Source of the DNA: Anthoceros angustus
Taxonomy: Eukaryota > Plantae > Anthocerotophyta
Direction of reading: 5' to 3'
DNA: 64,000 nt
Assembly (NCBI GenBank): GCA_010909165.1
Contig: VJWM01000025.1
Span: 2,604,001-2,668,000 of the forward strand
Under the pieces are notes generated by a model. The model was given only the letters and a program-made list of their open reading frames with translations, ran no database searches and was not told where the DNA came from. The number at the start of each line of letters is the position of its first letter. The first letter of the stretch is position 1. Below, piece after piece: positions 37,807-49,750 of the stretch. The position numbers and the translations under genes were made by a program.

Positions 37807-38914
37807 ATGGACAATGCGGTCTCCTACCATCGCGTTCCTACTGTGTGTATCAGGGAAATCAGAGACGATGTCCTCAAATTTGAGCTGCGGGATGCGGACA
37901 TCAGCTAAGCCAATGCTGTCAGCTGAATTATGATAGCCGAAGTTCCCACGGATTGGCCATCGATATGGTGGAGCTCACGAGCGACACTTCGGTGATGGCT
38001 GACGAGGTTGTGGCGCACAGACTGGACGTTATTGCCCTCACCAGCAATCCAGCAGTGAAGAAGAAGCTGCCTACAATGGCCAAAAAACAAACTGATTCAC
38101 ACCTCAAATTCACATTAAACTCCACAGGACAGCTGCGAGGACTGCGCTGTGGAGTTCCATCTAAATATGAGCTATGAATCCGATGAGACTCTGACCCTAA
38201 CCAGCCGTGATCTTCAGAGCTTGGATGAAACTGTTAACAATTGTGCCGAAACCTGGGTAGCTAGGGCTAAACTTCCCTGAGGATACCGTGTTCCAGGCCC
38301 TGGCTGCTTCACAAGCGTGCACTCAATGGAGATCCTCTGGTATGCCTTGCACAGGGACATCTACGAAGCCACGAAAAGGTCAAGAACTGAAACTCTGGGC
38401 CATGGCCACGAACGGCGTCGGGAAGCAACACTCGAAATGGTCTCATGTCTCGATCGCTACCTTTCAGTACATATGAGTCTGACATCCAGATTATCCAAGC
38501 TCTGATGGCAATTCCCACACGCAACGAGAAACAGGACTGGATAGCCTCTAGCTCAACCAAGGTGTTCGCATTTGACCCGGTTATGAAAAGGTCTGCTGAA
38601 ATCCAGGCTTCCTGGTCACTATCTTTTGCAATTTCTGTGTGTGCATAGCGATTGAATATTGTGGAGAGTTGAGACTAAGGTGATGCCTGCGCAGGTCACG
38701 CTTCAGAGGATCCGGAGGCTTACACCTCCGAGGCTACGACGAGGAAGTGTTGCATAAAGCAGAGGCGATGGGAAACCCTGGTCTAGTGGACAGCCTTCGA
38801 ATTGATGACAGCGTCATCTTCGATGTGGAATCGACTGGCCATTGGCCTGCTCAAGCTAGTCAGATCGTTCTGACTGCAATTCAAATATTGAGGCAGAAGC
38901 TGGCTTCCATCTAG
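37807..38914 (+). pseudogene. RPB3: RPB3 paralogue copy C, pseudogene
   Basis: MDNAVSYHRVPTV..FELRDADIS*ANAVS*IMIAEVPT: in-frame TAA and TGA, frameshifts; homologues of all four exons present (GQELKLWAMATNGVGKQHSKWS; AEAMGNPGLV; LRQKLASI*). Confidence 0.88.
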
Positions 38915-39414
38915 GTGCCCTTCACCGGAAAAACATCCAGTCGCCGGGCCACCTGGATGTGCACCTGGACGAAGACCACAAGTCTACATGCAAACCTTCA
39001 TTGACAGGACCAATCTTCTGGCCCACCTTCTTTGACGAGCACCTGGACAGTGGAGGCAGCAACGTGTCCGGGGGGCCTGGCGCGCAGTGTGTCGAGAATG
39101 TGGTAAATAGGAGACTGAGTGGCGCATTATCAGGCAATCGTGCGACTAACCCGGAAAAGCTTGACCTCATGGCGAACGGTTCCATTTCAAGCTTGACTCT
39201 CTTGGCCCAGCATTTTACCGCTTCTCGTAAAACTGCTCGGCGAGGACATCGGACGGCAGAGCAATGGAGCCCTGTTTTCGAGATCTGGGATTTCTGGAAA
39301 TAGTCCACCCTGGGAGGCGTTTCTGACCATGTGCATGCATGTTGTGAGAGTGCAGCTGGTTTGAACTGCTACACAGTCCCTGGATCAAGCCAGCCCCTGC
39401 AGCTGCTGGAGTAG

Positions 39415-39420
39415 TATAAA
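39415..39420 (+). promoter_or_regulatory. TATA box of repeat-protein gene 2
   Basis: TATAAATGGGCA about 85 bp upstream of the ATG; matches 36403. Confidence 0.6.
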
Positions 39421-39502
39421 TGGGCAGTGCTCGCGGGGCCTTGACATCAGGTCTCTCATCATCGGCTCTTGACGTGTGTCCCTGAGTCCACTAGCCTGCA
39501 AA

Positions 39503-40087
39503 ATGGGGCTCCGACTGCTGGGTCTGTTTCTGGTGTTGTTCCTTGCTGTGTCCCTTGTTCAGGAAGCGAGTGCACGATATGACATCCCAGAAGAGAAGTT
39601 CAAGAAGGGCTATGCCTATGGATACGGCAAGCACAAAGGGGTGAAGAAGCCCCTCTACAAGAAGCCTGAGTACAAGAAGCCCGTGGAGAAGCCTTACAAG
39701 AAGCCCGAGGAGAAGCTGTACAAGAAGCCCGAGGAGAAGCCTTACACGAAGCCCGAGGAGAAGCCCTACACGAAGCACCAGGAGAAGCCCCACACGAAGC
39801 CCCAGGAGAAGCCCTACAAGAAGCCCCAGGAGAAGCCATACAAGAAGCCCCAGGAGAAGCCATACAAGAAGCCCGAGGAGAAGCCTTACAAGAAGCCCGA
39901 GGAGAAGCCATACAAGAAGCCCGAGGAGAAGCCGGGGAAGGGCCATGCCTATGGGTACGGCAAGCCGAAGAAGCACGAGGAGAAGAAGCCCGAGTATAAG
40001 CCGAAGCAGAAGCCCGACTACAAGCCTGTTTCGCCCCCGGCCTACACCAAGCCTGAGGAGAAGCCGTATTCTCCTCCCAAGTACTGA
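39503..40087 (+). CDS. Secreted Lys/Pro/Glu/Tyr-rich repeat protein, copy 2 (194 aa, 11 KP(E/Q)EKPYK-type octapeptides); proline-rich cell-wall-protein-like
   Basis: Intact intronless ORF with a hydrophobic N-terminal signal peptide, AYGYGK motifs on both sides of the repeat block and C-terminal SPPAY/SPPKY. Confidence 0.9.
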   Translation: MGLRLLGLFLVLFLAVSLVQEASARYDIPEEKFKKGYAYGYGKHKGVKKPLYKKPEYKKPVEKPYKKPEEKLYKKPEEKPYTKPEEKPYTKHQEKPHTKPQEKPYKKPQEKPYKKPQEKPYKKPEEKPYKKPEEKPYKKPEEKPGKGHAYGYGKPKKHEEKKPEYKPKQKPDYKPVSPPAYTKPEEKPYSPPKY

Positions 40088-40565
40088 GCCCATCACTGGG
40101 GACAGCGCACTGACATCTGCCCAGTCCCAGGTACTTCAGAATCGTCAATGGCACGCACTGCTTTTGCAGCTTCTGAAGGAGAGGCCTCAACATCTCTCCC
40201 CTTTTCCTCATCTCTGGAGCGTCGTGTGGCAGATCACCCGGAAGACCGTCAAAGCCTCCGAGATCTCAACGACTTTGTGTGAAGTGAAAACGTTTCTGGC
40301 GAGTTTTCAATAATTGTAGGAAAATTCTTTGCAGCCCTTCCTATCGAAGTGGCTGCGTGCTTTGAAGCGCTTGAACAGGAGAGCACATCTGTCTTAGTTG
40401 AGCAGAATCGGGAACCGGTCTGCACATGTTCTAAATAAATCTTCAAACTTGATTCACTGCGTTCCAGTCCTTTATCATCGGACTGCATAAACCGGCTTAG
40501 GGCAGGTGCTAAATCTCCACTCAAAGTAATAGAGCAAAGAGTTTAAAGAGTAAAGACTTTACATC

Positions 40566-40592
40566 CCCTAAACCCTAAACCCTAAACCCCTA
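40566..40592. repeat. Short plant telomere-type tract (CCCTAAA)3
   Basis: CCCTAAACCCTAAACCCTAAACCCCTA. Confidence 0.8.
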
Positions 40593-41077
40593 TAGAGCTT
40601 TATAAAAGTCCAATAGAGCAAAGAGTAAAATCCAAAGAGTTTGGTCTTGAAGATCTATGTGAAATAAAATCAATGGAACCCATTTGGTGAAGTATTTATG
40701 CGGACCTGTTGGATATGCATGTTGAAAAATACGATTGGTCGTCACTAAGAAAATTGAGAATAAATCCAAACCCATGTATAAACCTTATGGCGCTAGGCCT
40801 AAATATCGGTTCGCTGGCGAACCAACATGCCATGCCATGAGCATGGCCTTCCTCTCCCCTGCTCCTCTCTCTCTTATCCGTGCCAACCCACCGGGAGCCA
40901 CGGGAAACTAATTCAAGTTCCCGTCGCCATGATTGTCGTGGCAATTCCCGTGGCGATACTGCTCGCCCTTCGCTCAGCTTGAGAATGAGAGCGGAGAGAG
41001 CGCCCGCTCAAAGCAGGCACGCAGAAGAGTTGAAAGACCAAAGGCTCGGGAGGATGCACGTATCTTGATCGTGCTCG

Positions 41078-43135
41078 ATGATGGATGAGGTTGCGCAAGC
41101 ATTGTCCTTTGGCCGCTCGAGGCCCGGTGGAGGGAAATTTTCTTTCAATGACTTGGAATGGCAGCAATCCTCATACAAGCATCCATCTTGTCCTGGCCAA
41201 GACAAACGACGACAGCTAGCTTACATTCCTTGGACCAGAGTGCAGGATTTCATAGAGGGCATGAACGCATTGCCACGGGCTCCTACAAATTATTACAGGG
41301 CATCTCGTAGAGGGCCAACCAGCAACACTTCAGCAGTAAGTTGGTTGAAGCTAGATGCAGCCATTGTCACAACACGGTATGTATGGACCCTAAGGGTGTG
41401 GATATGGGCCACAGCACTTGCGGAATGTTCGCATGCCTCCACCACCTTTACCTATTGTGGAGGTGAGAAGAAGTGTAGATTTATCTCGGATTGCTAACGG
41501 TGAAAGCATCAAACACGCTGTCAAGCTTGCTTTTGCCATTGTACGCCATTTAAGATGGCCAATAATTGCTCAAGTAACTTTATACTGAAACTATGCACGT
41601 GGATGTTTCGGAAGAGTGTGTCATGGCCCAAACGACGACAGCCTAGCTTACATTCCTTGGACCAGAGTGTGATTTCATAGAGGGCATGAACGCATTGCCA
41701 CGGGCTCCTACAAATTATTACAGGGCATCTCGTAGAGGGCCAACCAGCAACACTTCAGCAGTAAGTTGGTTGAAGCTAGATGCAGCCATTGTCACAACAC
41801 GGTATGTATGGACCCTAAGGGTGTGGATATGGGCCACAGCACTTGCGGAATGTTCGCATGCCTCCACCACCTTTACCTATTGCTGTGGAGGGTGAGAAGA
41901 AGTGTAGACGATCTCGGATTGCTAACGGTGAAAGCATCAAACACAGCTGTCAAGCTTCGTTTGCCATTGCACAGTTACGAAGATGGCCAATAATTGCTCA
42001 AGTAACTTTATACGAAACTATGCACGTGGATGTTTCTGGAAGAGTGTGTCATGGCCCAAACGTACGTAGGCATGCCAAGAGATGTCAGGGCTCCTCACTT
42101 GAGTGTTGACAAGAAGGCATGGGTGAAACATGGTTTACTGTGTAATGTTTCTGTCGAGAGATTCTTAGAGCGACACGGTGAGCATGTAAATATTGTGGGC
42201 TTTCAACAAGCTTGGAGCATGAGTCATGATGTCCAGTTAGAGATGATTTCTTGACACGTCAGACATTGACAATCTTATAAATCGAATTTGCAAGATAAAG
42301 TGTGGAAACATAATCCGGATGACAATATTAGTGTGGATATATGGATGCGGCTCAATGCTGCATTTGTGTTTCACAAGTCCACCGCGATCGCTTTTGTTTG
42401 GGGATTCAGACTGCTCATGCTTCGTACGAGACATGGTAAGAATAATGTACTCGGGATTGATTCCATGTTTGGTGTAAACCAGTATAAGTACCAGCTCTTC
42501 ATAATTATGGCTTTCGACCTTCACATGAATGGTATTCCGGTAGCATGGGTTTTAGCAAAGGACTGCATAAAGTGACACCATAGCTGTGTGGTCGACATCT
42601 TTTCATGAGGTTCTGTTAAGTAAGGATGCAACTTGGTTGCCCTCCGCAATATTGGTTGATGATTGTTCAGCTGAGATTGCTGCAATTCAAAAGGTTTACA
42701 ATTACAGGATTCTTGTTCTGCTTTGCCTCCTGCAGGCCGTGTTTGGTCTGTAATCTTATTAAGAAAGTCTAAAACAGGGTAGACAAGGAAGCCATATGCC
42801 AAGAATTAGGTGAACTAATGTATGTGAAGGGCTCCAGCACATCAATTCGAAATACAATTCGGGAGGGTAAGCAGTTGCTATTTTCCTTCTATGCCAAGTG
42901 AGAGAAACGGCAACCCGCGTTTGTGGGCTATTTCAGAACAACCTGGGGTGCACAACTAGGTTAGTCCATATCTCCAGCCTCGTATTCTCCCTTTTCAAGC
43001 TTGTGCATATACACATCTTCACAAGGCCTGTTTTGATTGCAGGCATGTCCATAAAAAATGCCCGCATGCTTCCGCATGCAGGGCAAGACTGTGCCTCTGC
43101 TATAGAGGCATGTATAGAGGCATACAATTTTGTAT
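41078..43135 (+). mobile_element. Mutator-like (MULE) DDE transposase, frameshifted, with an internal about 450-bp duplication; resembles the plant SWIM/MULE family of Arabidopsis At1g60560/At4g13970
   Basis: FSFNDLEW..QLAYIPWTRVQDFIEG; CHGP; GIDSMFGVNQYKYQLFIIMAFDLHMNGIPVAWVL (first D); ILVDDCSAEIAAIQ (second D); after a GT-AG intron, LPHAGQDCASAIEA (E). No SWIM domain is seen after about 43135. Confidence 0.85.
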
Positions 43136-43399
43136 ACAAAATTGTCTTAAATATGTCTTATGTGACGATTCACCAATAGTCACCTAATGTAACCTAACAA
43201 CTATAGGTAATATAACCTAATGCCTAGGTTAAGGTTTAAACATACAACATATATCCAGAATATGTATATACCTAACACCCCTCTTAAACTTAACTATACT
43301 ACGCCTCGAGAGTGTCCCCGATCGAGTCTTCCGCTGTAGGAGCCACTGACTGAATCATCACGCTCCAGCCCACGCCAGAGGAAAACAGCTTACACTAGG

Positions 43400-45500
43400 A
43401 TTGTACACCTGCGGTACAGGCCACCGAGCGTAACAAGAAGGCTGATTCTCAGAGATGGCGTCCAACATAGCCACCACTGTAGCAGGAGTCAAGCTGGTTA
43501 TCTTCTTGCTCACAAACCTACTGTGCTTAGCTATGAAGACCCGGAGCGGGAGGCACTACCAGTACAAGGAAGCTCCAAGCAAGCGTAGAAGGATTGCCAC
43601 CGAAGAGGACCCGCCAGAAGGATTGCCCATCACTGAGGCAGAGAGACGGGAAACCGCTGCCCGTGGATGGGACTGGGATTACAGAACCAGCTAGGGACAG
43701 CGAGTCCACATAGGAGCCTTCAACGTGGAGCTGAAAACAGCATAATATTCATACCGGCGGAATAATATAAGCCAGTTATGAAAAAATTGCCGCCGCTTGG
43801 TACTTTTCATATAGTTACTAATTCACGACAAACACGGCTCTTCGAAAGCACATGCGCCCGTGCTAAGCAATCATTCAGATTGCGATTTCAATTTTGTGTC
43901 CAAAGGTGTTTGAAATGAAGGTGCCAAGGTGCAGGGATGCTTCCTCCCAAGCGGCAATGCTCAGTTATAAGTAGAGTACGTCCGTTCAGGTATATTGAAA
44001 AACGACCTCAGGGCCAGACATATAACAACTTCCTACTAGAAGATCCGGCATGTCATCAACTCCAAAGACAGCGGCCCATACGACATACAGTGCACAGGAA
44101 CACGAAAACGTTTTAGCCACCTAAGGAAGTGCAGGGTCTGAAGATTCAACTACACACAAACCGGCTTCACTATCGGGAACTAGGGTGACGTTTCTAAGAC
44201 GTTCTTCATCTATCTCTCCGAAAGAGTCACCATCATCGTCAAGGCCGCCTTCCTTCCTAATCTTCGAGGTCGAGTGCCATACAACCTCTAGTGTTTGTTG
44301 CCCCTCATCTGTGGTCTCCAAATTTTCTTTCATTCGTCACCCTAGAGGCACAATTTGAGCCTTCCAATATCCTTCCCCGACGCAAACCTCCTTGGCCCAC
44401 TGAGATGGACCACGATGCGGCTCAGCCTCCTCCTCCGCATCCGCAAGATTCATATCCATGTACACTGCCAGACAGCCACCGAGCGTAACAAGAAGGTCGA
44501 TTCTCGAGATGGCGTCCAACATAGCCACCACCAACATGGCGAGTCAAGTCGGGTTATCTTCTTGCTCACAAACCTACTGTGCTTAGCTATGAAGACCCGG
44601 AGCGGGAGGCACTACCAGTACAAGGAAGCTCCAAGCAAGCGTAGAAGGATTGCCACCGAAGAGGACCCGCTGTATGATTGCCCATCAACGAGGCGGAGGC
44701 GGAACCGCTGCCCGTGGATGGGATCGATTTACCGCCTAGGGACAAGAGTCCACATAGGAGCCTTCAACGGGGTCAAAATAAGATAATATTCATACCGTGA
44801 ATAATATAAGCCGCTTATGAAAAATTGCCGCGCTTGGTACTTTTCATAGTTACTAATTCCACGACAACACGGCTCTTCGAAGCACATGCGCCCATGCTAA
44901 GCAATCATTCAGATTGCGATTTCAATTTTGTATCCAAAGGTGTTTGAAATGAAGGTGCCAAGGTGCAGGGATGCTTCCTCCCAAGCGGCAATGCTCAGTT
45001 ATAAGTAGAGTACGTCCGTTCAGGTATATTGAAAACCACCTCGGGCGGACATATAACAACTTCCTACTAGAAGATCCGGCATGTCATCAACTCCAAAGAC
45101 AGCCCATACGACATACGGTGCGCGAACACGAAACTTTTAGCCACCTAAGGAAGTGCGGTGCGATTCAACTACACACAAACCGGCTTCACTATAGGGAACT
45201 AGGGTGACGTTTCTAAGACGTTCTTCATCTATCTCTCCGAAAGAGTCAACAGCCATCATCGCCTGGGCGTCGTCGCCTTCCTTCCCGTCAACTTCAGAGG
45301 CTGAGTGCCATACAACCTCTAGTGTTTGTTGCCCCTCATCTACAGGGTCTCCAGTCCTTTCTTTCATTCGCTTCGACCCTAGAGGCACAATTTGAGCCTT
45401 GCCAATATCCTTCTCGCTCACGCAAACCTCCTTGGCCCAGAATTGTGATGGACCGCGATGATGCGGCTCGTGGGTCAGCTCCTCCTCCGCATCCGGCAGC
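43400..45500. repeat. Tandem duplication of about 1.08 kb (about 43400-44480 and 44480-45500) covering the 3' end of the ParB-MTase gene
   Basis: CCACCGAGCGTAACAAGAAGG at about 43422 and 44476; SFGEIDEERLRNVTLVP is encoded at both about 44170-44230 and 45190-45250. Confidence 0.88.
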
Positions 45501-48500
45501 ACTTCATATCCATGTACACGCTGTGGAATGACTTCTGCACACCTCTTGTCTGCCTCGATAGAAATACAATTCGACAACAAGGCGCAGCCATTAAAGATGA
45601 CCCACTACCGCATGCATCCAATATCCATCCCCTTCCTTGAGAATGTCTTGATAAGCTTCATCATCAAACCTAAAGGCCGCTGGTAGGGACAAACAACAAG
45701 TTTGTCAAGTGAATGGTATACCAGCTTTTTCACAATTGTATGGTGGGCAATCACTGACCGACCATTATTGAAAGTGCCCTGCAAAACATTAGGTAACATC
45801 ACAGCCCGCTAGACCTCAGAGCTTTTCTTCAGCCCCCACCCGACAGTGACATACTCCACCGTATCGAACCCACCCTTGTCGTTGTTGACATTTGTCTTGT
45901 CCCACACAAATGACACAAGTCCACCCCTCTGGCACCACTTCCGCATAGGCTCCCACACTATATGTGAATCTTCCACACCATGCATTATGATCATCCCGAA
46001 TCGCCGTGATTCAACAAGTCATGGAAGGAATGCAAAACATTACCCACTTGCCAAATATCAAACCTTCCATCCTTAGGGCCCTTCTCGAATCCACGTGGTA
46101 CATCCATCACAAGCAAAGAGTAACTCCTCTTCCTCACAAAACCTCGCATATCCGACATCTCGAGCATGAATCACATGACTTTTTCTCCGACGGGATGGAA
46201 TTGCAACAATCCCTCTTCTATGTCTCTATCTCGAGCTCGCTGCTCATCCTCCAAGCCCTTCCAAGTGTTGACCTCATAAATGAACTGAAAGTTTTCGGGC
46301 ACTTGGTAAGGACTTCAATGTCTTTGTTGCTGCACAAAAACAGGATGCTTGTCAATATTAGTGAGGGAGGGCGCGCGCCTCCTCCTCGCACTTAGGGCCT
46401 CAGGCATCTAGACGGTGATGCCGCCTCCCCGGCACCCCTGCTGAGGGGGGCATGCCGGCGACCCCTTCCCCTCCACAGCGGCATGCCGCCCCATGCAGGG
46501 CGCCGCATGCCGGGGACTATGCACAACTGGAGGGAGGAGGAAGGTGATGCCTGCCCCTCCTCCTCCTCCTCCACCATATAAAGTTCTAAGAAACTAGAGT
46601 ATGATAACATACCTTTCCTCGAAAGCCTGAACTGCGACTACTGCGGTGGAATGTTGTGGGTACTCTTGCCTCACCATCTCAAAAGATGAACATCCTAAGT
46701 GCTTCGCCATGGCCACTTGGATGATATGCAATTTCTTGCGCAATATAATTTCATCCGACATTCCTTCAAATCCATAAGGCCGGTGAGAACTTTCTCGTGG
46801 CACTAATAAGCATTTCTTGCCCGCCTCCCGCAGAATACCTTGAAAGCAACGCCATGGCTTTGTCTGCATCTCCTTGGGCTTCACCAATATACCTCAACTT
46901 GTTTCGTTTCTTCCACGCTTTCCGCTTGCCTTTGCTCTTTTGCTCAATCCTGCGCCACATGTTTCTTCATTCGCAAGTCACAAGCCTCCCACTTTGCAAA
47001 AATTTTGTCCACATTCTCCCATACCCTTCCTTCCAACTTCGCTATGCACAAGATGTGCGCCCCGTTGTCAACCTTGTTCGCTTTGTAGGCATCATCTTCC
47101 TTCCTTCATCATCTTGATAAGACCCAATACCTTATACAGTTGAACTTCCAATTCATGGACATATGCACGCCATCCCGCTTGGCTATAAGCGCTTCATCTC
47201 GAGATATCTTACTTGCTCTATGAATGACATCTTCCGCTTGTCGACACATGGTATTGTGATCAGCCGCCAAAACCCTCATCTCCTGTGTGGTCAGCCCACA
47301 ATAGACATGTGCCTCTATCCATTTGAAACGCTCTTTCACTGGTGATATGTCCGCCAAATGTTGCATTGCCGCAAATGTGTGGTTCCCGCCCAACACACCC
47401 ATGATGTATTTCTTTGCCCTAAACTTTTTCCAGTCCAGGTCCTCTAGATCATCACACTCCTTGGGATCAATCATGCACAAAAGAGGCAATACGCCCTCCT
47501 CAACTCGGCCCTTTCCAATTACGCGAGCCAGATAATTAGTCCAAGCTTCATCCACACGCCGAATCTGCGCATCCGGGGTTAGATAAGAGGCAGGCCGCAG
47601 ATTCTCCAACTTCACCAACACAGTCTCCGGGACCACCTTCTTCGCATACGCTGCATCTCGGATTCGGTGAGGTAGTCCTCCTCGTGGAAGGAAGATTCCA
47701 ACCTCTCTTCATCTGTTGCAAGGTGCACTGTGGGTATCTCTCCTACAGGTGACATAGTTGCTGTAGTCTTTGCTTTCTTCCGTCTTTACCTTGTTCGGGC
47801 TCCAAACTCTCTCGTTGACGCTGAGATCCTATTGCATCTGCATTATTTTTCCTCTTTCCACATCCCGTCCTTGTTTCGGAAATGACAAGCTCGTTGCCAG
47901 CCGACATATTACCAGCTGCATCTGGACTTGGGTGTCTCGTTCGGGTTGCTGTACCTGGTGCACTTTCAATTACCTTTCATGATGGTGGCCTCACGCCGCC
48001 AGCCCCTCCCGACAATCCACCGCCTGGCTCAACAGCTCTGATAGCACCTGGTATAGTAGAAGGGTGGCGCCTGCTGTGGGAGGAAGGAGTCTGGGCGCCG
48101 GCATGACGGCGCCCCCCCTCTTCCCTTGCTTCTGCCACATCCATAAATATGCTTGCATGGGGGGTTGGAAGAGACTCCACACCCTAGAACGTAGTCAGGG
48201 CGCCGGCATGCCAGCGCTCCTCCTCTTCTCTTGCTCACCATCTCAAAAGATGAACATCCTAAGTGCTTCGCCATGGCCACTTGGATGATATGCAATTTCT
48301 GCAATATAATTTCATCGACATTCCTTCAAATCCATAAGGCCGGTGAGAACTTTCTCGTGGCACTAATAAGCATTCTTGCCCGCCTCTCCCGCAGAATACC
48401 TTGAAAGCAACGCCATGGCTTTGTCTCGCATCTCCTTGGGCTTCACCAATATACCCTCAACTTGTTTCGTTTCTTCCACGCTTCCGCTTGCCTTTGCTCT

Positions 48501-49750
48501 TTTGCTCAATCCTCGCCGCCACATGTTTCTTCTGCAAGTCACAAGCCTCCCACTTTGCAAAAATTTTGTCCACATTCTCCCATACCCTTCCTTCCAACTT
48601 CGCTATGCACAAGATGTGCGTCCTGTTGTCAACCTTGTTCGCTTTGTAGGCATCATCTTCCTTCCTTCATCATCTTCGATAAGACCCAATACCTTATACA
48701 GGTTGAACTTCCAATTCATGGACATATGCACGCCATCCCGCTTGGCTATTAGCAGTTCATCTCTGAGATATCTTACTTGCTCTATGAATGACATTTTCCG
48801 CCGTTTGTCAGACATGGTATTGTGATCAGTCGCCAAAACCCTCATCTCCTGTGTGGTCAGCCCACAATAGACATGTGCCTCTATCCATTTGAAACGCTCT
48901 TTCACTGGTGATATGTCCGCCAAATGTTGCATTGCCGCAAATGTGTGGTTCCCGCCCAACACACCCATGATGTATTTCTTTGCCCTGAACTTTTTCCAGT
49001 CCAGGTCCTCTAGATCATCACACTCCTTGGGATCAATCATGCACAAAAGAGGCAGTACGCCCTCAACTCGGCCCTTTCCAATCACGCGAGCCGATATAAT
49101 TAGTCCACGCTTCATCCACACGAATCACAGATCCGGGGTTAGATAAGAGGCAGCCGAGATTCTCCAACTTCACCAACAGCCTCCGGACCACCTTCTTCGT
49201 GACATGTCGATCTCGATTCGGGTGAGGTAGTCCTCCTCGAGCTCGTGGAAGGAAGATTCCAACCTCTCTTCATTTGTTGCAAGGTGCACTGTGGGTATCT
49301 CTCCTACAGGTGACATAGTTGTTGTAGTCTTTGCTTTCTTCCGTCTTTTACCTTGTTCGGGCTCCAAACTCTCTCGTTGACACCGAGATCCTATTGCATC
49401 TGCATTATTTTTCCTCTTTCCACATCCCGTCCTTGTTTCGGAAATGACAAGCTCGTTGCCAGCCGACATATTACCATGCATCCGACTTGGGTGTCGTGGG
49501 TTCTGGGTGCACTTTCAATTACCTTTCCGATGGTGGCCTCACGCCGCCCCTCCCGACAATCCACCGGCTCAACAGCCTGATAGCACCGGTATAGTAGAAG
49601 GGTGGCGCCGCTGGGAGGAGGAGTCCACGCCGCATGACGGCGCCTCTTGCTTCTGCCACATCCATAAATATGCTTGCATGGGGGGTTGGAAGAGACTCCA
49701 CACCCTAGAACGTAGTCAGGGCGCCGGCATGCCAGCGCTCCTCCTCTTCT
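45137..49750 (-). pseudogene. ParB/Srx-like domain plus beta-class N6-adenine/N4-cytosine DNA methyltransferase fusion gene; intron-containing, frameshifted in this assembly, N-terminal half tandemly duplicated (46668-48234 and 48235-49755)
   Basis: ParB-like: IRRVDEAWTNYLARVI..LPLLCMID..GVLGGNHTFAAMQ..HVYCGLTTQEMRVLAADHN. MTase in beta order: motif IV-like SYSLLVMDVPRG (46090-46125), FVWDKTNV..TVEYVTVGW, CPYQRPLGLMMKLIKTFSRKG, motif I WILDACGSGSSLMAA (45583-45627), CISIEAD. Intron from AG|GTATG (about 46612) to TTTTTGTGCAG (about 46332). Confidence 0.8.

Noticed and set aside
40566-40592. True telomere or chromosome end
   Set aside because: Only three units, and internal.
45560-46140. Assignment as a C5-cytosine methyltransferase (MET/CMT/DRM) or MT-A70 RNA methylase
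   Set aside because: There is no PCQ/ENV motif. The QRP..LI..FS..G..ILD..GSG block after motif IV matches beta-class N6_N4 DNA MTases rather than MT-A70, although only a profile search can settle this.
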